From an uncultured Candidatus Rokubacteria bacterium (GTDB taxonomy: Bacteria > Methylomirabilota > Methylomirabilia > Rokubacteriales > CSP1-6), in NCBI GenBank assembly GCA_963789955.1, contig CAWBMV010000035.1:13366-77365 (forward strand): 64,000 nucleotides of DNA. Reading direction: 5' to 3'. The position numbers and the translations under genes were made by a program. Shown piece after piece: positions 21,388 to 32,892 of the stretch (positions within the stretch are counted from its first letter, which is position 1; every line of letters begins with the position of its first letter). The notes below the pieces were generated by a model, which did no database searches, was not told the origin of the DNA, and worked only from the letters and a program-made list of their open reading frames with translations.

Positions 21388-23084
21388 ATGACCTACGACC
21401 TGCTGATCAAGAATGGACGCGTCATCGACGGATCCGGGCGGCCCGCGTACCACGGTGACGTCGGTGTGGCGAAGGGCAAGATCGTCGAGCTCGGGCGTCT
21501 GAGCGGATCCGCGCGCCAGACGATCGAGGCCGACGGCCGGGTCGTCTCGCCGGGCTTCGTCGACAATCACTGCCACTACGACGCGCAGGTCGTGTGGGAT
21601 CCCCTCTGCACCTACTCCTGCCACCACGGCTCCACCACGGTGATCATCGGCAACTGCTCGCTCGCGCTGGCGCCCGTCAAGCCCGAGGCGCGCGAGAAGC
21701 TGGCGGGCATGCTCTCGTACGTCGAAGCCATCCCGATGGACGTCCTGCAGGCCGGCGTGCCCTGGAACTGGGAGACGTTCCCTCAGTACATGAGCGCGAT
21801 CGGCCAGCGGCTCGGCGTCAACGTCGGCACGCTCGTCGGCCATTCGGCCGTGCGGCTCTACGCCATGGGCGAGGAGTGCTCGGACCGCGACGCCACGCCG
21901 GACGAGCTCGAGACGATGCGCCGCCTGGTCCGCGAATCGCTCGAGGCCGGCGCGCTGGGGCTCTCGATCACGCGGAACATGAATCACTTCGACATCGCGG
22001 GCAAACGCATTCCCGCGGCCTGCGCGCCGGAGTCGGAGCTGTTCGCGCTGGCCGACGTGCTGCGTGAGGTCGGCACGGGGGTGATGCAGTGCGGCGGCGG
22101 CACCAATCCCGAGCTGAAGGACAAGCTCCTGTCCCGCATCTCGGAAGCGTGCGGCCGGCCGATCATGTACAACACCCTGCTCGAGCAGGCCCGGCAGCCC
22201 GGGCGCTGGAAGGCGCACCTGGCGCACGTCGAGGAAACCGTGAAGCAGGGCATCCGCGCGATCCCGCTCTGCAACCCCGGCAGCGTCGTCAACCGGTTCA
22301 CGATGAAGAACTGCCAGGTGTTCCGCAGCATGCCGACGTGGCTGCCGATTCTGCAGGGCGCCGACGCCGACAAGCTTTCCGCGTACGCCAATCCGGCGAT
22401 CCGCGCGAAGCTGCGCGAAGAGGTCGACGCGCCGCTCGGTCCGGACTCGACCTTCTCCAAGCGCTGGGACCTCATGTTCGTCGAAGAGCCCAAGCTCGCG
22501 AAGAATCGCGGGCTCGCGGGCAAGCACATCGCCGAGATCGCCCAGGCCAGGGCCAGCATCCGCTCGACGCGTTCCTCGATCTGGCCGTCGAGGAAAACCT
22601 GGAAACGGTGTACAGCCTGGGCGAGATCAACATGGACACCGAGGCCGTCGCGCAGATCCTCGGCAGCCCGTACGCGGTGGTCGGACTCACCGACGGCGGC
22701 GCTCACGTGCAGTTCCACTCGAACGTCAGCAACCCGACCCGGCTGCTCGGCTACTGGGTGCGCGAGAAGCAGATCATGTCGCTCGAGCACGCCGTGCGGC
22801 GGCTGACGTACGACTCGGCCTCGGCGTTCGGCATCTACGACCGCGGCCTGGTGCAGCCGGGCATGGCGGCGGACCTGGTGGTCTTCGACCCGGACACCGT
22901 CGCGCCGGTCAAGGAAGACGTCGTGCACGATTTCCCGGCCAACGGCTGGCGGATGCGCGAGCTGGCCGAGGGCATCCACTACACGGTGGTCAACGGCGAG
23001 GTGCTGCTCGAGAAGGGCCAGCACACCGGAAGTCATCCCGGGCGCGTGATCCGCAACGCTCGCTATCAGATGGCGGGCGCGTAG
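21388..23084 (+). CDS. N-acyl-D-amino-acid deacylase family amidohydrolase (frameshift near 22548)
   Basis: YDLLIKNGRVIDGSG, PGFVDNHCHYD, GNCS, VGHS, TDGGAH, DRGLVQPGMAADLVVFD. Confidence 0.88.
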
Positions 23085-23122
23085 CGCGGCGCTGGAATCG
23101 ATCGAACACTTCTGATCATCGC

Positions 23123-23147
23123 GAGGGGCGGCGTCGAGCCGCCCCTC
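23123..23147. terminator. Hairpin between convergent genes
   Basis: GAGGGGCGGC-GTCGA-GCCGCCCCTC 10-bp stem. Confidence 0.6.
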
Positions 23148-23190
23148 GGTCTATTCGGGTGGTCGGATCGCGCGGGGCAGAGTCAGCGGG

Positions 23191-24505
23191 TTAGTCCGGC
23201 CGGAGCTCCCAGACCGTGCCGCCGGGCGTGTCGCGGAGCTCGATGCGCGCCGCGATCAATCGATCACGAACGCGGTCGGCCAGCTCGAACGCGCGCGCGG
23301 CCCGGAGCTCTCCGCGGAGCGTGATCAGGCTCTCGACCAGCGGAGCCAGCAGCTCGCGCGGATCGCGCAGTCCGCCCGCCGCGGCCTCGCCGAGTCGTTG
23401 CACCAGCGAATGCAGGACGGCCCGCGCGCGGTCCGGATCGTCGGTCTGAAGCGTGTCGGCCGACCAGTCGCCGATGGCGCGGTCGAGATTCAGGATCGCC
23501 TCGGCGGCCTCGGGCGCCCGCCGCGCGGCGATCGCCGTCTCGAACGCCTGCTCGAGCCGGGTCGACCTCGGAGAGCAGCGGCGATCGCTGCGACGCCGGT
23601 GCGTTGGCGCTCGCCGGCGTCGCAGCGCGCCGCCGCGGCCGCGCCCTCCGTCGCACGCCGCGCCGTGTCCGCTTCGCCGCGAGCGGCGGCGAGCAGCTCA
23701 TCCAGGCCGAGCTTCGTGCCCGCGGGAAACACGCGCGACCGGCCGCGACGGCGCACCGTGACGCCGCCGCGCCCCGAGACGGCGACCGTCTTCGCGTCGA
23801 GATCGGCCACCAGCACGGTGTGCTCGTCGATGCCGAGCACCCACGCATCGTCGGGGCAGCATGCCCTCCATCACCGCGAGCCGCCGCTCGCCGAGATAAC
23901 AGAAGCGCGTGTCGTGCGTGCCGCCCTCGGCGTTGTCGTAGTGCGGGATGACCACGCACGAGCCCTCGAAGCCGGCCGCGCGCATGAGATCGAGCCCGTC
24001 GAGCCAGTGCACGGGATGACCGACCTTGTAGATCTCGTACACCGGAACGCTGAAGCGGCCGAGCGTCAGCGCCGCCGCGCTCGAGAACACGACCGCGCCG
24101 CCCTCGGCGAGCTTGGTGGTGAGCGCCTCGGGCACCGGCGAGCTGCGCCAGACCGAGAGCGCGTACGACGGGCTGCCCGGCCCGGCGAACACGAAGCCGG
24201 CCGTGCGCAGCCGCGAGAGCGCGGCCGCCTCGGCGAGCGGGGCGTGATGGCCCTGGTCAGCCGCGAGCGGCCCGAGAATACCCGGCGGCTTCGATCGTCA
24301 GCTGCACGCGATGCGCGAAGTACTCGACCGCCCGCTCGGTGATCTCCGATGCGTTCTCCTGGAATCCGTAGGGCGTGTCGAGCAGGACCGCGCGCGGCGT
24401 CGGCTCGCCCAGGCGCGCGACGATCTCGCGGTGCGGCGTGACCATCGTGGGCGCGGTCTCGCCCGAGCCCATGATCGCGAGGATGCGCGGCGCGCGCGCG
24501 CTCAC
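23191..24505 (-). CDS. Peptidase S51 (cyanophycinase/dipeptidase E-like) domain fused to CysRS-like DALR/anticodon-binding domain (several frameshifts)
   Basis: MGSGET, FAGPGSP, FSSAAAL, IPHYDN, LGIDEHT, then ..FETAIAARRAPEAAEAILNL.. and LITLRGELRAARAFELADRVRDRL..IELRDTPGGTVWE. Confidence 0.72.
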
Positions 24506-25390
24506 GCGAAGAATCCTTCGCGCAGCGCCTGCAGGAAGAGCTCCGCCACGCGCTCGGGAGACTCGAGGTGCAGATCGTGGTGGCCGGGCGAGAACCAGAC
24601 CGAGCGGATCTGGCCGCCGGCCGCGAGCGCCGCCGCCTCGGCGCTGCGCTTGCGGGAGGTTCTCGAGCCGTCGCCGCTGTCGGCGAGCAGCAGCATCGTC
24701 GGCGCCTTCAAGGTCGCCCAGCGGGTCGAGGGGCGATGCTCCCAGAGCGAGCGCAGGATCGAGAGATGCCGGCGGCGCTGCAGTCGCGGCTCGATCGTCC
24801 CGTCGGCGCGCGTGCGGAAGCAGTGCAGGTACGCGGCAACCGCGCGATCGGTGAAGTGCGGCACGCTCTTGCGAATCCGCGCCTCGAGCTCCGCCAGGGT
24901 GAGATGATCGAGCGCCGGCGGGGTCAGCGCCGCCAGGCACTCCTCCCACGAGGGATACGCCTGGGACAGCTCGATGACGCCGCCGTCGACGCAGGCGATG
25001 CCGCGCACGACATCCGGCCGGCGCCAGCCGAGCTCCAGCACCACGTTGCCGCCCCAGGACTGGCCGGCGAGGACCGGGCGCTCGAGCTCGAGCGTGCCGA
25101 TCAGCGTGAGCAGGTCGGCGACCGCGGTGTCCAGGTCATAGCCGATGTCCGGCGCGTCGGAGAGGCCGTGGCCACGCTGATCGATCACGACCACCGTGTG
25201 GCCGGCGGCGTGGAGATGCTCGGCCACGCCGTCCCAGAGCCGCGCGTTGGACGCCAGACCGTGGACGAGCACGAAGGGGGCCGTCGCCCGATCGCCGAGC
25301 CCGCACCTCGACGTGCAGCTCGACACCCGGCGCGACCACGACGCGCCGCTCGACCACCTTGGCCACCGACGATCTCGCTGGCTCCGTCAT
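24502..25390 (-). CDS. Alpha/beta fold hydrolase (frameshift near 25300)
   Basis: VHGLAS, DQRGHG, GQSWGG nucleophile elbow, GHHD. Confidence 0.88.
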
Positions 25391-25509
25391 GGCGCCAATC
25401 CTAGCATCGCTGGCGGCAGGCCGGGGCGCACGCCGGCGCGCCGGCGCGAACCGGCTCGACTCGCGCCAGATAGAATGGCCCTGACGAAGTCGTCCACGGG
25501 GAGGCGCGC

Positions 25510-25891
25510 ATGGCAGGCGGGATCGATCGACGGGTCTGGCCGGGGTGCTCATCTGGACGGAGGCCGATCGCTTCCCGGCGATGGCGCAGCTTCTACCGGG
25601 ACACGCTCGGGCTCACGCCGCGCTCCTCGAAGTCGGATTTCATCAACTTCGACTGGAGCGGCGTTCGGCTGAGCGTGGGCGTGCACGACCGGGTCCGCGG
25701 GACGAGCCGCGAGCCGCTGCGGATCATGCTCAACCTGACCGTCGCCGACATCCGCGCCGTGCACCAGCGTCTGACTCGCGCCGGCGTCGTGCTTCAGTCG
25801 CGAGCCCGCGCGCGAGGAGTGGGGCGGGTGGGTCGCCACGTTCACCGATCCCGACGGCAACATCCTGCAGCTGATGCAGCTTCCGGCGTGA
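25510..25891 (+). CDS. VOC/glyoxalase family protein (frameshifted)
   Basis: FYRDTLGL, MLNLTVADI, WGGWVATFTDPDGNILQL across frames. Confidence 0.8.
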
Positions 25892-25896
25892 TGCGT

Positions 25897-26422
25897 TCAG
25901 CGGTCCTCGCGTAACCGTCGCGAAGGCCGGCGGGTCGAGCCGAACACGCCCCGTCGAAGTGCGACGCGTACCATTCGTCGTCGAGGCTGCGCGATGCCGA
26001 CACGCCGACCGGTCTGTCGTGGCGTGAATGAAGCGGCCGTCGCCGACGTAGATCCCGTTGTGGCGCCGGTGATCGAAGAAGACCAGGTCGCCCGGCTCGA
26101 GATCATCGCGCGCCGACCGGCGCGCCGAGCCGGTACTGCTGGGCGGCGTTGTGCGGGAGCGCGACGCCCGACCTGCGCGTACACGTAGCGCACCAGACCC
26201 GAGCAGTCGAAGCCCGACGGGCTCGATCCGCCCCAGCGATACGGCGCGCCGACGTACTGCTTCGCGACGGCGACGACCGTCACGGCCGCGCGCGGCTTCG
26301 GCGAGCCGTGCGATCGATCGGGACCGGTACCGACACCTTCGCGCATCCGGCGGACGACCGCCGAGATCGCCGACGAAAATGACAAAGCCTGCAATGCGTC
26401 CAATCATGGCCAATCCAATCAT
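25897..26422 (-). CDS. NlpC/P60 (C40) cell-wall peptidase (frameshifted)
   Basis: [41 protein letters not shown]. Confidence 0.8.
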
Positions 26423-26472
26423 GGGCCGAGCCCGAGTGCTCGGCGCGGGCCTCGACAGAAGGCCCGAGAGCG

Positions 26473-27754
26473 TCAAATCGCCAGCGCGCAGTTCACGCTG
26501 ACCGGCGCCGGCGACCGGCCGGCGCAGATCGGGGACCAGCTCCTCATAGACATCCACGAGCGCCCGCGCCACGGTCGGCCAGGCAAAGCTCTGCGCCCAC
26601 CGGGCCGCGTGCCGGCCGAGCGTGCGCCGCCGCGGCCCGTCGGCCAGCAGCGACCCGATCGCCGAGGCGAGCGCGACGTCGTCGCGCGGTGGGACGAGCA
26701 CGCCCGTGACGCCGTCCTGAATCGTGGTGGCGAGGCCGCCCACGCGCGAGGCGACGACCGTGGCGCCGCACGCCATGGCCTCGAGCGCCGCCATGCCGAA
26801 CGATTCGTGATGCGACGGTACCAGACAGAGATCGGCCGCGCGGTAGTATTCCGGCAGCGCCGATTGCGGCTCGGGTCCCTTGAAGTCGACCCACCCGCCG
26901 ACCCCGAGCCCGTCGGCCAGCGCGCGCAGGCGCGCGCGATCCTCGTTGCCCTCTTCGTTGCGATCGCCGCCCACGATCACCAGCCTCACGTCGGCGTGAC
27001 CGAGCCCGTCGGCCTTCAAACGCGCGAGCGCCTGCAGCAGGACCTCGAGTCCCTTGATCGGAGCCGGCCGCCCCACGAACAGCAGCACCCACTCGGCGTG
27101 GAGCCCCAGGCGCTCGCGCGCCGCGACCGCGCTGCCCGGGCTGAAGAGCTCGACGTCGACTCCGCACGGAATCGTCCGCACCCGCTCGACGGCGGCCCCG
27201 CAGTACCAGGCGAGCTCGGCGCTCTCGAGCGGCGTCGCGGCGACGATGCGATCGGCGAGCGCCGCCACTTTCGCCTCGGCGTCGACGCGCGCCTGCGGCA
27301 CCTGATCGCCGGGCTGATCGGCCAGCGCGTTCTTCACGACGCCCAGGGTGTGGAACATCTGGACCACCGGGACGCCGCCGAAGCGTCGCGAGAGATCGAC
27401 CGCGACCAGGCCGGACAGCCAGTAGTGGCCGTGCAGCAGCGCGTACTCGGCGCCGCTCCGGCGCTGGAAGGCCATCACGCCGTCGGTGAACTCGTCCAGA
27501 TCGGTGACGATCTCGGGCGGCGGCACCGGCCGCTGCGGGCCGGCGTCGATGTGAACGACGCGCGCGCCCCAGCCGAGCGGCACGATCGTCGGCACGCCCG
27601 GCGTCTGCTTTCGCGTGAACACGTCGACCGCGAGCCCCAGCCGCCCGAGATGGCGCGCGACCTCGCGCACGTAGACGTTCATGCCGCCCGTCTCTTTGCC
27701 GCCGAGCGCGGCCAGGGGACAGGTATGAACGGAGATGACGCCGATGCGCTTCAT
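26473..27754 (-). CDS. MshA-like GT4 glycosyltransferase (D-inositol-3-phosphate glycosyltransferase homolog)
   Basis: SVHTCPL..GGMNVYV, DVFTR, HGHYWLSG, MFHTLG..KN, GVD, FVGR..PIKG, PSHHESFGMAALEAMACG; 3' end approximate. Confidence 0.8.
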
Positions 27755-28734
27755 GCGGCGAGCCCGGCCGCCCCGCGCAGCCGTTCGAGGACCGCGAGCA
27801 GGGTGATCGATGCGGCGCACGGTCGGCGCGGCACGTCGCCGCCGCGGACCACCGCATGAAAATGCTCGATCATCTCCCGATACGGATCGGCGCCGGCGGT
27901 CACGATGGTCTCGGCCCGGCCGTCGCGGTGGCGGAGCGTCATCGCGGTGTCCGCGGGCCCCGGCGTGTACGCGCGATCGAGGACGACCGACGCTTCCGTG
28001 CCGACGATCTCGAGAAATTGACGCTCGGGCGCGTCGAACGAGCACTCGATCGTCGCGGTGAATCCATCGCCGAAGTCGAGCCAGCCGGAGAACGACGCGT
28101 CGACACCCGACTTCGCGAGCGTGGCGGACGCTTCGACTCGCGCGGGCGTGCGGCCCGCCGCCGCCAGGAGCGGCGCCAGACAATAGATGCCGACGTCGAG
28201 CAGCGCGCCTCCTCCCATCTCGGGACGCCAGCGATGGTCGTCCGGGCGGTCGAGCACGCCCGTGAAGGCGGCCCGCGCGAAGCGCAGCGCCCCCAGGCGG
28301 CCCGACGCGACGAGCGTGTCGAGCGCGATCGCCCGGGGATGGAACGGCGTCATGTAGGCCTCGCACAGCGCGACCCCCGCGCCCTCGCACGCCGCCGCCA
28401 TCGCCTCGGCATCGGCCACCGTCGGCGCCAGCGGCTTCTCGCAGAGCACGTGCTTGCCGGCGGCCGCGGCGCGGACGACCCACGCGCGATGCAGGCTGTT
28501 CGGCAGCGGCACGTAGACCGCCTCGACCTCGGGATCGTCGAGCACGGCGTCGTAGGCTCGGTGGGCGCGCAGGGGCTCGAACCAGCCGGCGCCGCCGTCG
28601 GCGGCGCTCTCGCTCGCGACCGCGACGAGGCGCGCGCCCGGGCTCGCGACGATCGCGGGCAGCACCGCCTTCTGGGCGACCTGCGACGTGGCGCCGATCA
28701 CACCCCAGCCGACCGGCAGCGCCGGGGCGGGCAC
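27751..28734 (-). CDS. Gfo/Idh/MocA family oxidoreductase
   Basis: VYVPLPNSLH, GKHVLCEKP, GGGALLDVGIY. Confidence 0.9.
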   Translation of the reverse strand: MPAPALPVGWGVIGATSQVAQKAVLPAIVASPGARLVAVASESAADGGAGWFEPLRAHRAYDAVLDDPEVEAVYVPLPNSLHRAWVVRAAAAGKHVLCEKPLAPTVADAEAMAAACEGAGVALCEAYMTPFHPRAIALDTLVASGRLGALRFARAAFTGVLDRPDDHRWRPEMGGGALLDVGIYCLAPLLAAAGRTPARVEASATLAKSGVDASFSGWLDFGDGFTATIECSFDAPERQFLEIVGTEASVVLDRAYTPGPADTAMTLRHRDGRAETIVTAGADPYREMIEHFHAVVRGGDVPRRPCAASITLLAVLERLRGAAGLAA

Positions 28735-28735
28735 G

Positions 28736-30409
28736 TCAGCTCCCGTCGTCCTCGATCACGACGGGCGCGCCGCCCGCGCGTGCTCGACCGCTGCGCGGCT
28801 TCGAGGACGCCGATGACGCGCCGGACCGACGCCGGGGTGATCGCGAGGGGCTCGCCGAGGTGGAGGTGATCGGCGAGGTTACGGTGAAAGGCGAACGGCT
28901 GATCGACGGCCGGCGGCAGCCGGGTCTCGCTGATCCCGTAGCCGCTCTCGTAGCGCGCCAGCACCAGCTCGGCCGGCGCCTCGGCGTGATGCGGCTGCGT
29001 GGCCACGTAGCCGCGGCCGGGCTCGATCGCCTCGAGCGTGATCGTGCGGTACGAGCCGACGAGCGTGCCGGCGGTGCCTTGCACGTAGAACTTGGGCCGG
29101 CGCACCGCGGCGATGTCGCTCTGAAGGAACTCGGCCTCGCGACCGTCGGGCCATATCATGCGGACCCGAATCTGATCGTGATTGGTCACGTCGTGCCAGA
29201 CGCGCTTGTGACCGTGCGCCTGCACGACGCGCGGCGCGCCCCGAGATGAGCTGGAGCACCCAGTCGACGTGGTGCGAGCCCCAGTCGTAGCCGGCGCCGC
29301 CGGAGACCGCGGTGTCCGAGTGCCACGTGCGGCAGGGATGGGCGTAGCCGCCCACGAAGGTCTCGACGTTGAAGATCTCGCCGAGGAGCCCGGCGCCGAC
29401 GGCGCGGCGCAGCGCGACGAAGTCGGGATCCCACCGCCGGTTCTGGTGGACCGTCAGCATGCGCCGGCTCGACGCCGCGGTGGCGATGATCTGGTCCGCC
29501 TCCGCGACCGTCAGGCAGAGCGGCTTCTCGCAGGCCACGTGCTTGCCCGCGCGCAGCAAGGTGAGGGTCAGCGCGACGTGGTGCGCCGGCGGCGTCGCGA
29601 CCAGCGCCACCTCGACGTCGTCGTCGCTGACGAGCTCGCTCACCGACGCGTACGTCCGCACGCCCGGGAAGTCCGTCTCGGCGGCCTTGCGCCGCTCGAC
29701 GTTCGGATCGACCACGGCGACGAGCTCGAGCCCGTCGGTCGCCGTCACCCCGAGCCCGTGGTGATAGCCCATGCCGCCGAGCGGGCCGTAGCCGACGATG
29801 CCCACGCCGATGTTGCGCCCGCAGCAGTGCAAGTCGGGACGCAGCGCGCGCCCGAGCAGCTGGGCGAGCTCGGGGTTGCCGCAGCGCCGCGTCGGTGTTC
29901 CCGAGCCCGCACGCCACCACGCGGCCGGCGCCGCGAGACGTCTCGACCACGGCGGCGAGGTCACGCAGCGCGACGCTCACGTCGACGATGACCTTGCCGT
30001 CCGCGATCGGGATCAGCGGCACGAACCCGTCGACGAGCGCGAACTCGCGCGTGACGCGGGCCGAGATGTGGGAGTGTGCGTCCGTGACCCTCGCGTAGTA
30101 CTCGCCCGGCGGCGGCTCCGGACCCGCCACCGCGCCGAGCAGCTCAGCCCAGAAGCCGTCGCGCTCGACCGGCGCGCCGCCGATCGCGACCAGTGCCATG
30201 CCGCGCTCGACCGCCGCACGGATCGCGGCGAGGAATTGCAAGGGCTGGGCGGGCTGCGGCCCGTCCACGACGATCGCGTCGCATTCGGACATGTCCGGCG
30301 CCGGATCGCCGGGCGTGACGAATTGGGGCTCGCCGAGCTCTCGCGTCAGAGCCCGGAACGCGGCGCGACGATTCTCCGTGAGACGCGAGGACAGGACCAG
30401 GATGTGCAT
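28736..30409 (-). CDS. ThuA-like (class I GATase-like) domain fused to Gfo/Idh/MocA oxidoreductase (frameshifts near 29880, 29240, 28775)
   Basis: N-terminal ..AVERGMALVAIG..GAGRVVACGLGN; C-terminal GIVGYG, TPPAHH, CEKP, HQNRRWD, DWGSH. Confidence 0.72.
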
Positions 30410-30415
30410 GGCGGC

Positions 30416-31874
30416 CTAGAAATGCATCACCTCGGCCGCGTGGTCGAACACATCCTGGATGCGGCCGTGCGAGATCGCGCTTGCCTGCACGGCCGCCACC
30501 AGGTGGCGCCAGCGCAGCGACGGACGGGTCGCGTAGAACTCCTCGTACGTCGCCTGATGGTGCTTGAAGGCATGCATCTCGGTGAAGTTGTCGCGACAGG
30601 CGATCTTGGCCAGCACGTCGATCAACGCCTCCGGTGCATAGCCGTTGTCGGCGTACTGCTGCGCGAGCGCGGCCGCGTGCTTGACCTCGTCGGTCGAGCG
30701 CCAGCTGGCGAGACCCGCCGTCGGCAGCCGCTCGCCGACCGGGCAGACTGCTGATGAGGCTCTCGAGCTCCTCGAGCAGCTGGTCTTGCGTGCGGGCCGA
30801 CAACGCCGCCACGCGCTCGGGCTCGGGCTGGACGTCCGACGCGAGCATGCGCTGCGCCATCCGCACCTCCGGCCCCGTGTTCCAGGTCAGCAGCGCCTGC
30901 AGCTTGATTCGCCGCGAGAGCTCCGGCTGCCGCAGCAGATAGCGCCGGGTGTTGGCGCCGGTGTTGATGTGCACGTCCATCGGGTTGCCGGTCTTCGAGC
31001 GCAGGAAGAGCGTGGATCCGCCGACCGACAGGGCTTCGCCGGCGCCCTCGAGCGACAGGCCGCCGCCGAGCGCCCGCGCCAGCATCTCCGGGATCTCGCC
31101 GAACTCGGTGCAGCGCCCGATCTCGTCGGCCAGCGCCGTGATCGCGGCGGTCTCGTCGTCGCCCGTCTTCGCGCGCAGATCGCGCTCGAGCAGCTCGTGC
31201 TTCCGGATCAGCTCGTCGACGTCGAGCATCATCGCGGGATTCGTCGGACGCGTGATGTAGCGCACCGGCGCCCGGCCGATGTACTTCGCGTAGTCCCAGC
31301 CGAAGTATTCGAGGGCCCGCACCGTGAACACCGGGAACAGGAAGTAGTGGTCGTCGAGCTGGTTCTTCGGCACGCCGACCTCGAGCAGGAGCTCGAGAAT
31401 CTGCATCGGCGAGAGGCGATCGAGCAGGTACAGGAAGTAGTGATCGCAGGCGTTGTAGACCCCGCGGCTCACGGCGGTCCGGAACGCCTTCACCGTCGCC
31501 TCGACGTCGTCGTTCTCCGAGACGGGCTTCGCGTCGGCGAGCACGTAGGGGCCCATCGCCGGCGAGTGGATGTGCTTGTTCGCGACCGCGACGTTCTGGA
31601 TGACCGGCAGCATCGCGTACTCACCGGAGAGCCGGGCCGAGATGTGGTGGACGGCGTGCAGCCCGCAGAGCGGGTGGACCGGGCCGCCGTGATGGCCGGG
31701 CGGCAGATCCGAGGAGCGCACGACCGCCAGCGCCGAGGCGAGGAGCATGTCCTTCACCGTCGTGCCGGCGCCGAGCCTGTCGTGGGTCGCGGCCACAATG
31801 CGGTCGGGCGTCGTCTCCTCGACGAACTGCACCAGCGGCTCGATGTGCTCTGGAAAGCGAACACGTTGGGCCAT
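30416..31874 (-). CDS. Uncharacterised His-rich helical protein (frameshift near 30740)
   Basis: Long GC3-biased ORF with GHHGGPVH, HAVHH, NKHIH, DDHYF, MDVHINT, EMHAFKHH motifs. Confidence 0.7.
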
Positions 31875-31890
31875 GACACGATCCTCCCGG

Positions 31891-32817
31891 TTACCTGAGC
31901 GTTGCGCCGGCGGGCGAAGCTGCCGCGAGGGCCTCTCGCACGAAGGCGGGTTCGAAGATCCGGTCAGCCATCACCTGACAGCGCTTCATCAGCCGGTGCT
32001 CGTCCGGCCGGTAGTCGGCGACCGCGTTGTGAAGCGTACCGATGTGATCCCACATCAGCACGTCACCTTCGGTCCAGCGGTGCGTGAACTGATACTTCGG
32101 CTGCAGCTGGTGCGCGAACAAGGTCTCGAGCACCCGATCGCTCTCGGCCTCGTCGAGCTCGTTGATGCGGATCGCGTAGCCGGGGTTGCAGTAGAGCACG
32201 CGCCGGCCCGTGATCGGATGCGTGAGAAACAGCGGATGCACGGACGGCGGACGACGCCGGCGCTGCTCCGCGGTGAGCGGCCCCCGCAGGCTGCCGGGGC
32301 GGCGCCGCATGTTCTCCCAGAACTTGTTGAAGTCGTGGGTGGCCGTCGCGTTCGCGAGCCTGGCTTTCAGCTCGGGCGCCAGATCCTCGTACGCGGCCTG
32401 CGTGTTCGCGAACATCGTGGCGCCGAGCACCTGCCCGTCTCGGCGCGGCACCTTGACCGCGTAGAGCACGTTCAGGAACCCGATCGTCTCGTTGTAGGAC
32501 ATGTCGGTGTGCCAGTCCTGCCCCGCGTCGGTGATGCCGATCGGCTCGCCGTTCTCGATGATGTTCGAGAGATAGCCGACCTCGGGCATGCCGGGCTCGT
32601 GGTGCCGGCCGGTGAGCGTGGCCTGGATCTGGCCGAAGCGCCGGGAGAAGTCTCGTAGCTGGACGGCCTCGAGCTTTTGGCCGGGAAAGCGCAGCACGCC
32701 GTGCCGGCCGAGACCTTCCAGAATCGTCGCGAAGTCCGCGTCGCTCAAGGGTTTCGCGAGGTCCATCCCCCGGACCGTCGCACCCAGGATCTGCCCGCTC
32801 GGCTCGATGGCCGTCAT
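31891..32817 (-). CDS. TauD/TfdA family Fe(II)/2-oxoglutarate dioxygenase
   Basis: WHTDMSY HxD, HPITGRR, H.W..GD..MWD, LH, R. Confidence 0.9.
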   Translation of the reverse strand: MTAIEPSGQILGATVRGMDLAKPLSDADFATILEGLGRHGVLRFPGQKLEAVQLRDFSRRFGQIQATLTGRHHEPGMPEVGYLSNIIENGEPIGITDAGQDWHTDMSYNETIGFLNVLYAVKVPRRDGQVLGATMFANTQAAYEDLAPELKARLANATATHDFNKFWENMRRRPGSLRGPLTAEQRRRRPPSVHPLFLTHPITGRRVLYCNPGYAIRINELDEAESDRVLETLFAHQLQPKYQFTHRWTEGDVLMWDHIGTLHNAVADYRPDEHRLMKRCQVMADRIFEPAFVREALAAASPAGATLR

Positions 32818-32892
32818 GCCATCCTCCTCACCGCTTGGCGGGATTATACTGCGCCGAGTTCGCTAACGTGTCGCGCACCAGGAGGAAGCCCG

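Noticed and set aside
23191..23403. cysS (cysteinyl-tRNA synthetase)
   Set aside because: Only the C-terminal domain is present; the upstream sequence is an S51 hydrolase, not a HIGH/KMSKS synthetase.
26473..27754. Complete mycothiol pathway
   Set aside because: Only an MshA-like gene; no MshB, MshC catalytic domain or MshD here.
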